From the NCBI GenBank assembly GCA_965644495.1, contig CBFFSA010000004.1, positions 1-64,000 on the forward strand: a DNA stretch of 64,000 nt. The letters are read 5' to 3'. The notes under the pieces are model-generated. The model made no database searches. It saw nothing but the letters and a program-made list of their open reading frames with translations, and was not told the DNA's origin. The position numbers and the translations under genes are program-made. This stretch comes from Perkinsela sp. CCAP 1560/9 (Eukaryota > Protista > Euglenozoa: Kinetoplastea). This document shows, piece by piece, positions 57,634 to 64,000 of the stretch; positions within the stretch are counted from its first letter, which is position 1; every line of letters starts with the position of its first letter.

Positions 57634-58017
57634 CATAGTAGCAGAATTATTAATAATTTTGACCTCTAATAATAAATTATAATTAATAATTATTAATAAT
57701 TATTAAGAATTATTATACACTAATTTTTGTCACTTTTTTGTCAATGCCGAAAGCCTCGGGCAGCGATATTCTAATGGAATGGTGGTTCGTTAGAAGTCCT
57801 GACGACTCGACGTACTGGCTTTGTCTGAAATGTCCCAAGCAAAATGAGAAATACCGCTGAAAAACCTGCTTGTGAGAAGGCCGTCCTCGCGGTCGTCCCT
57901 GTCACTGCAATATTTCGGGCCCGTCATCAAATCTTAATAATTCTTAATAATTTGTCTCCTCCTAATAATAGAAATTATTAATAATTATTAACGTAATAAT
58001 TATTAACTTCTACTATG
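57634..58017. mobile_element. P-element- or hAT-like MITE with 8-bp TSD
   Basis: CATAGTAG..CTACTATG termini, TSD GCGTCAAA, TAATAAT subterminal repeats. Confidence 0.85.
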
Positions 58018-58276
58018 GCGTCAAACCCCATTTAGATAGTAGGAACTTTGTACTTCTCATAAAAAAAAGTTTCTTTTTTTTGAAAACTCGATATTTCGTT
58101 TTGTTTTTGAACATTTTAGTTTCTCTATGGAAGAAAATAATAGCGGGAACGTGTAGAACGCGAAATTCTACACGAAGATGTGCTATGTATACCCCTATCC
58201 CCCCCTCCGCAAAGATTTCAGCCTATGGTCACTTAATCGTGACGGGGGGTTTATTTCCGCCCCCGGGTTACTAAGC

Positions 58277-58879
58277 TCAATTCTGAATCCAATCAGCCGG
58301 AAAGTCCCACCAAGCAGTTTTCGGTTCAATGTCTTTCGGAATCCATCCTAGGAGATTTGTATTTCCCATTATGTCAAATTCAGTAATCTTTGAATCTTTC
58401 AGGTATGAAAGATCAACAAAGCCAGTAAACCGATTTTGTGAGATGTTCAGAATTCGCATGGTAGGTGGCAGGTCCTCAAGGTGCAGCTCACCAGTAAACC
58501 TGTTGCACTGGAGCCACATTTTTTCAAGTCCAGGGGGAAGCGACGCGAAATTTATGCACCCGCTCAATTCATTGCTGCTCAGGTCCATTTTTTTTACAGA
58601 GCGTGGTATAGAATCCCAATGCAAAGTACCAGACAATTCTCGCGCATGCCAAGCAATGCGGATGACTTCACCCTCCTCTCTACACATCACACCATCCCAC
58701 TCACATGCGGGTGTAGCCGTACTCCATGACATGTATAAACCTTGAACATTACTAATAAACTTTGTGAGTTCATATTCCGGAGGGAGAGACATGCCCCTGA
58801 CCTTACCTGTACGTGTTGTGGTGCTCTGCGGAGGATCTGTGGCTTTGCAAATGGAGTGTACCAGAAAACCACGATTCAT
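58277..58879 (-). CDS. LRR protein
   Basis: RTGKVRGMSLPPEYEL, TPACEWDGVMC cap, LRRs. Confidence 0.88.
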   Translation of the reverse strand: MNRGFLVHSICKATDPPQSTTTRTGKVRGMSLPPEYELTKFISNVQGLYMSWSTATPACEWDGVMCREEGEVIRIAWHARELSGTLHWDSIPRSVKKMDLSSNELSGCINFASLPPGLEKMWLQCNRFTGELHLEDLPPTMRILNISQNRFTGFVDLSYLKDSKITEFDIMGNTNLLGWIPKDIEPKTAWWDFPADWIQN

Positions 58880-59559
58880 ATTGAAAATAATAACAAGGAT
58901 GCTTATTTAGAGAACTAGAATTTTTTAAACAGGAGATGTAGTCTTAACCAAACACAAGAAAACCATCCAAGGTATAGGTATGTTAACCGGGAATGTGGTT
59001 TTTGGGGGGCGTGTCTGCTGTGGTGAAGAAACTTAGAGAATGAGCCATGAGCAAGGAAGAACGCAGGAGTAGGAAAAGGGTAGAATGGGAAGAAATGAAA
59101 AAAGGATTAAAAAAAGTCGCTGACTATGTTTTTATAGGTACTACCCTTTATAGGTATGCAAGAATACATCTGAGAATAGAAAAGTAGTGCTTTCCGTTGC
59201 ACAATACGCGTCGTACGTATCGTTATCTTTGATGGGATTAGCACTTTACTAATAAAGTGATAAAAGGTAGAAAAAAAGGTAAACACACGCACATAAACAA
59301 GAATTGGAAGTGAGAGAGAACATGAAAAAGAGAAAATGAATCAGACAGAAAACAAAATTATGAGTGAAATAGTAAAGTATGAAAAACATTTTAACAAGTC
59401 GGGCAAGAAAATAATGCGCGATGCAAAGCAAAAATCCTTAAAAAATATCGCAAAAACTAAAAAATAAACGAACGATAAACACATGCAGTTCCCAAAAACA
59501 CGCACCCTTTCATTTCCCCCCTTTTTCTGATTTCATTCCCCACACACCTTCCCCCTTTT

Positions 59560-62500
59560 TCAGCGAAATTCCTCCTGCTCTTCCTTCCCATACTGCTCCA
59601 CCGGCACCATTCGCCCCATATCCGGGCCCACCATCGTCTCGACATGAAAATCGACCGGGATTTTCATTTCCGGAAACAACCCGCTCATCACTTCGCGTAC
59701 GCTTTTTAAAACCCGCTCGGTGTCCTTCACCACCTCATGGACTTTTTCCTTTCGACAATCGATCCACACACAGTCATGGACGGTGTTGGTGAGAAAAGCA
59801 GCGCCCTGATAATTTCCATTACGCAGAAAAACAGAGCGCCATAGGACTCCAATCATAATTTGAACAATCTCCCCCGCAAGTCCTTGCACGGGATAATTTA
59901 GAAGTTGGGTGTAAGAAAAGTTACGATCGCCTTGGGGATGAAACCCGCGAGCTCGGAGAATTTTAGGGTCCATGGTTTGAAAGGTGAAACGGGTCCCGGT
60001 GGGGAGACGAAATTCACCCTCTTGAGGGGAATAGGAAGATAGGGAAGGTGGAGTCGTTTTTTCATCTTTTTCAGGCGATGAGTTGGTTTGAGAACACAAA
60101 CGGTTTGCACGTGTTAAAGGATTTCCTTTTTCGATGGTTTCACCCTCCCTACCCACGTTGTCCTGCGTTAAAAGCTCTTTTTCGTTTTGTTCCCCATCCT
60201 CGCATTTCTTCTCTCCTCCTGCAATTTCCTCCAACGACTCCGGGGTGTTGAGCTTCACACTAAGCCGGACGGCGTCATAAAACCGTTTATTCCCGCTATA
60301 CACCAAATTCTCCTTCGCCATCAACCTCTTCACCGTCTCCACCTCCATCCCGGTATTCTCCGCAATCGTACGAGCCCCCGCCCCGTACTGCCGCTGAAAC
60401 GAAAACACCTTCGCCCGCCTCCGCATCTCCACAAACCTCGGCGTCTTCAACACCTTCGCCTCCCGCACCACCTGGCCGTAGCTCCACTCCGGGCGCATCA
60501 ACGTGACCCGTTTACAATGAAAATCCACCTTGCGGGTTAAATCCTTAATGCTCTCCGCATCCCCGGAGAGCACCGCGAGCACCACCACCTCCAGCTGGGT
60601 GTAGTCCACCTCCACACACACCCCCGCGGTCGCCCCGAACCGACTCACAAACACGTTGCGAAGCCCATGGGTCCCCTTCCCCCCCCCGTTCGAAGAAGCC
60701 GAGAACCCCCCGGCACCACTCCGCGGAATGTTTTGACAATTCGGATTCTGTGAAGCCAACCGCCCGGTGATCGTTCGACAGGGCTGCAGGCTGTGGTGAA
60801 TACACCGGTCCCGTGGATTCACCATCGCTAGCATCCCCGTACTCGCGGCTTCGTAGTACGTACTCAGTCGCTTCAGTGCGCCCCGGAGGTTGAGTAAAAC
60901 GGTACTGATCGCACAGCCCCTGGAGGCGAAGGCCTCGAGGACCGTTACGTTGACTGCGGGGTTTCCCTTTTTGGTTTGGGCTTTGTGGGATTGCAGCAGG
61001 GAGAGGCGTTGGGTTGGGGAGAAGAAGAGGGGGAGGCGGCTGGGGAGGGTGAGGGTGCCGGGGGGGAGGGGGTGGGCTCTATTATGCTTGTGAGGGTTGT
61101 GGTTGTTGTGTTGGGGGGAAGGTTGTTGGTTTTCAGAGGAACAGGTTGGTTTTGAGAAAAGGGTTTTTGGAGAATGGTGGGGATGGTTTGTGGTCGTAGG
61201 GGATGGCGTACCCCTTTTGTGGCTATTTTCATTTTTGTGGTTGTTGTGTTGGGGGGAAGGTTGTTGGTTTTCAGAGGAACAGGTTGGTTTTGAGAAAAGG
61301 GTTTTTGGAGAAACCTTTGAAAAAAGATTTTTTGGAGAAGTTTTTTTTGGAGAAGGTTCTTGATTTTCCGAGGCTCTTTTGTGACACTCTTTGTCGTTTA
61401 TATTCGTAGGGGCGTCATGAAGGGGAAGATTGGTTTCGTGAGATGCGTTGTTGTTGTTGTTTTGATTGGGAATTTTTTTTTTGTTTGAAAAAGGTAAGGA
61501 TTTTTGGTTTTCTGACGAACAGATCTCGTTTGTGGAAACCTCTGAAAAACCGTCTTTTGGACAAGATTCTTGGTTTTCAGACGCTCTTTTGTGACTCTCT
61601 ACTGTGGAGTTTTGGAGAGAAAAGTCGTCTGTATTCGCCTCATGAAGAAGAACACTAGTTTCGGTGGAAACCGGTTTTTTGATTTCAGTTAGGGAGGAGA
61701 CATTTTGACAGGCACTTTCCATGGAATCTTCCATATTGGGCTCGTCGTCGTGTTGTAAAAGTGTCTCATCCGGTGGATTTGGATCTGTAGCTTGGAAGGC
61801 TACATGGTTTATCTCTTCTTCATTCTGTTTTCGTTTCGTTTTCGTCTTTACGCTTGCGATAAGGGGTACGGCAAAAGCATCGCGTGTACTCCCAATCGTG
61901 CGACCTAACGCTTTTAGCACCGAGACATAAACAACCTCCTCGGTGGAGGGTGGGAAAAAAGAGCGAACAATTGGGTTATCCGGTAAATGGACCGGGTTTT
62001 CACCCCCTTCATGGGATCCCTTTTCTGGCTCACGCTCTTCCGGTTTGTTTGTCGACAAAGACGAGCCAGCGGCCTTTTCCTCCTCGTTTCTATTCCCACA
62101 AAGGTGAGAGAGGACGGCCCAGAGCCGGGGGGCGTCGCGGACACTGCTGCGGCGTAACCAACGGATCTCGCGCAGTAAACTCTCCGCGTGGGCGAATAAG
62201 AAAGCCAGAATCGGGGGGCGTTGTTGGACCACAGGGTCATAGGTTGCCGTGTCCTCGTTTGTTTCGTCCAGGTCTTCCTTTTCTTGTGGTTCGAACAGCG
62301 CGTCGTCGTCTAGCGTGGTATCCGAGAGATCGTCCTGCATGTTGGTACTACGGTTTTGATTCCTCAGCGGGGTACGTGCGTTTTGTTTTCTGTTCTCGGT
62401 GGATGGGGTTCCATCTCCTTTTGGGGTATCCCAAACTGCACTGAGTTGTAACATTTCCAGTGCATTGCGTATGTGAGGTTCCAGATAGGTCGCTGAGAGA

Positions 62501-63999
62501 ATGACCAAACGACGAACGCTTTGTGCGTCATATCCCGAACGAAGAAAACTTTGGCAATGGGCGACATTCGAAAAAGCGCTGTAGCGCATATACACCCGAA
62601 GCACGGGGTTAAAAAACCCGTCCTCGTCGGCGAGCACTAATCCGAAGTCAAATTTCCCATTCCGCTGTACGAATTGGCACACCTTTTCGTGGATTTCCTC
62701 AAAAGTGCCTTTGGTGCTGTACCCTTGTGCCTTCAAATAGGGCTCCGCGTAGGCTCTTCGAAACCCCGAGGGCCAGAGAAATTTTGAGAAAACCGCGAGC
62801 TCCACTGCCGCGCGTACATCTCGAGACGTGCGCAGCTGTTGTTGACTACTCGCGATACGCACAACGCCCCCAAAAAAGAGAGCCGAGACCACCCGCACGC
62901 TGAGCCAATTAAAATGTTGTCGTAGCACTGCGGGAACTTGTTTCGGAATGTGTGCCTCCAACGAGCTACGCAATTTCATAATCTCTTTTCGTAAATTCTC
63001 AAATTGTACCCACCCCTCATGGAGATCCACAAACAGCCCATTATACTCCATCTCCGCGGTCGCTAACACGCCCTCCATCCGTGCGTGCATCACAACCAGC
63101 TGCGAGCACTGCGCGGCTTTCTCAATTTGTCGTTTAAACACCTTTTCAGTATTTTTCAAATCTCCCACCAAATATTTCGACAACAGCTCATAGTGAATAT
63201 CCGAGGTATCCACCCCTTTCTGCCACATTTTCTTTATTTCATCGATTTTAGCACTTCCCCCGTACCGCTGCGCGACCTGATCCAATCCCGCAAGATTCGA
63301 CCCCACCCGGACACGTTGTCCCGATAACAAATACTCCCCATAGAGCGTGTCCCAGATTCTTCCCCCTTTTTGAAGAAACGCTTTCCACTCGGGATCACTC
63401 CAGACCCAGAGCAGGTCAAATTTCACGTTGTGACCCACGATGACCTCATAGGGGTCGAGACACGGGAGACGCATCTCACTTTTGGTCTCGAGTTTCCGAG
63501 GGGGAATGGATAGCGATCCCCGGTAATCGAGAGTCCCCGGGAGGACCACCCGATTGGCCTCACAAAACGGGCTTGCGATTCGCCGTTGGTGGGTATGGAT
63601 GGTAGTCTCGAGATCGAGAATAAGATATTTTTTATATTTTTTGAGGGTATCCTTTTCCCGTTGCAGGCGGGAGGGATGGGACAGGATGGATTGAATTTGA
63701 TTCAACACGTTTTGAGCCGCCGCGTCGTCGCGGATTTGACGAAAAGAGCGGAAAGGGGAGTTATTGTTTTTGGGGTTGTGCGTTGTAGGATTGTCCTTTG
63801 TAGGATAATCATCATTGTTTTGAGGGCTATCGCTTTCTTTTTTCTTTTCATTATTATTAACATTCTTCTCTTCTTTGTTTTCTTTATTTTGGAATGAAAA
63901 AGCCGAGTTTGGGGTAGAAAAAGATAAAAATGATTTTTGAGATGATGAGTTTTCTTGAGGAGAAGATTTTTGTGCTTCGAGCAAAGCAGGGGTGAGAGA
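59560..63999 (-). CDS. Kinetoplastid mitochondrial DNA polymerase I-like (PolIBCD-type), 5'-incomplete
   Basis: Exonuclease motifs LDLETT, GHNVKFD, YLVGD. Polymerase motifs TGRLAS..NCQNIP, DYTQLE, RRRAKVFSFQRQYG, NYPVQG, VHD. The frame is open to the window edge. Confidence 0.92.
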   Translation of the reverse strand, partial: SLTPALLEAQKSSPQENSSSQKSFLSFSTPNSAFSFQNKENKEEKNVNNNEKKKESDSPQNNDDYPTKDNPTTHNPKNNNSPFRSFRQIRDDAAAQNVLNQIQSILSHPSRLQREKDTLKKYKKYLILDLETTIHTHQRRIASPFCEANRVVLPGTLDYRGSLSIPPRKLETKSEMRLPCLDPYEVIVGHNVKFDLLWVWSDPEWKAFLQKGGRIWDTLYGEYLLSGQRVRVGSNLAGLDQVAQRYGGSAKIDEIKKMWQKGVDTSDIHYELLSKYLVGDLKNTEKVFKRQIEKAAQCSQLVVMHARMEGVLATAEMEYNGLFVDLHEGWVQFENLRKEIMKLRSSLEAHIPKQVPAVLRQHFNWLSVRVVSALFFGGVVRIASSQQQLRTSRDVRAAVELAVFSKFLWPSGFRRAYAEPYLKAQGYSTKGTFEEIHEKVCQFVQRNGKFDFGLVLADEDGFFNPVLRVYMRYSAFSNVAHCQSFLRSGYDAQSVRRLVILSATYLEPHIRNALEMLQLSAVWDTPKGDGTPSTENRKQNARTPLRNQNRSTNMQDDLSDTTLDDDALFEPQEKEDLDETNEDTATYDPVVQQRPPILAFLFAHAESLLREIRWLRRSSVRDAPRLWAVLSHLCGNRNEEEKAAGSSLSTNKPEEREPEKGSHEGGENPVHLPDNPIVRSFFPPSTEEVVYVSVLKALGRTIGSTRDAFAVPLIASVKTKTKRKQNEEEINHVAFQATDPNPPDETLLQHDDEPNMEDSMESACQNVSSLTEIKKPVSTETSVLLHEANTDDFSLQNSTVESHKRASENQESCPKDGFSEVSTNEICSSENQKSLPFSNKKKIPNQNNNNNASHETNLPLHDAPTNINDKECHKRASENQEPSPKKTSPKNLFSKVSPKTLFSKPTCSSENQQPSPQHNNHKNENSHKRGTPSPTTTNHPHHSPKTLFSKPTCSSENQQPSPQHNNHNPHKHNRAHPLPPGTLTLPSRLPLFFSPTQRLSLLQSHKAQTKKGNPAVNVTVLEAFASRGCAISTVLLNLRGALKRLSTYYEAASTGMLAMVNPRDRCIHHSLQPCRTITGRLASQNPNCQNIPRSGAGGFSASSNGGGKGTHGLRNVFVSRFGATAGVCVEVDYTQLEVVVLAVLSGDAESIKDLTRKVDFHCKRVTLMRPEWSYGQVVREAKVLKTPRFVEMRRRAKVFSFQRQYGAGARTIAENTGMEVETVKRLMAKENLVYSGNKRFYDAVRLSVKLNTPESLEEIAGGEKKCEDGEQNEKELLTQDNVGREGETIEKGNPLTRANRLCSQTNSSPEKDEKTTPPSLSSYSPQEGEFRLPTGTRFTFQTMDPKILRARGFHPQGDRNFSYTQLLNYPVQGLAGEIVQIMIGVLWRSVFLRNGNYQGAAFLTNTVHDCVWIDCRKEKVHEVVKDTERVLKSVREVMSGLFPEMKIPVDFHVETMVGPDMGRMVPVEQYGKEEQEEFR

Positions 64000-64000
64000 A

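Overview
Eukaryotic, intron-less, repeat-rich DNA, most likely from a kinetoplastid (inferred Prokinetoplastina/Perkinsela-like). All recognisable host genes lie on the minus strand, like a polycistronic cluster: trypanosomatid-type mevalonate kinase, EB1, Hsp100/ClpB, UPF2, an RsuA-like pseudo-enzyme, a probable mitochondrial hypothetical protein and a mitochondrial PolI-family DNA polymerase. Nine members of a small LRR protein family are interspersed among them. The rest is a nested mobilome: APE-type LINE and CRE/SLACS-type retroelement fragments, a decayed Helitron2-like Rep-helicase, a ~0.9 kb hairpin-ended repeat (R1, at least 9 copies), and many non-autonomous TIR elements with readable TA, 8-bp and 9-bp target-site duplications. 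The strongest candidate for an undescribed system is the LRR repertoire. Its members share a conserved N-terminal motif, vary mainly on the concave face and look mosaic. One gene fragment sits inside a TA-flanked TIR element whose empty site is present elsewhere in the window. All alignments and folds were done by eye.
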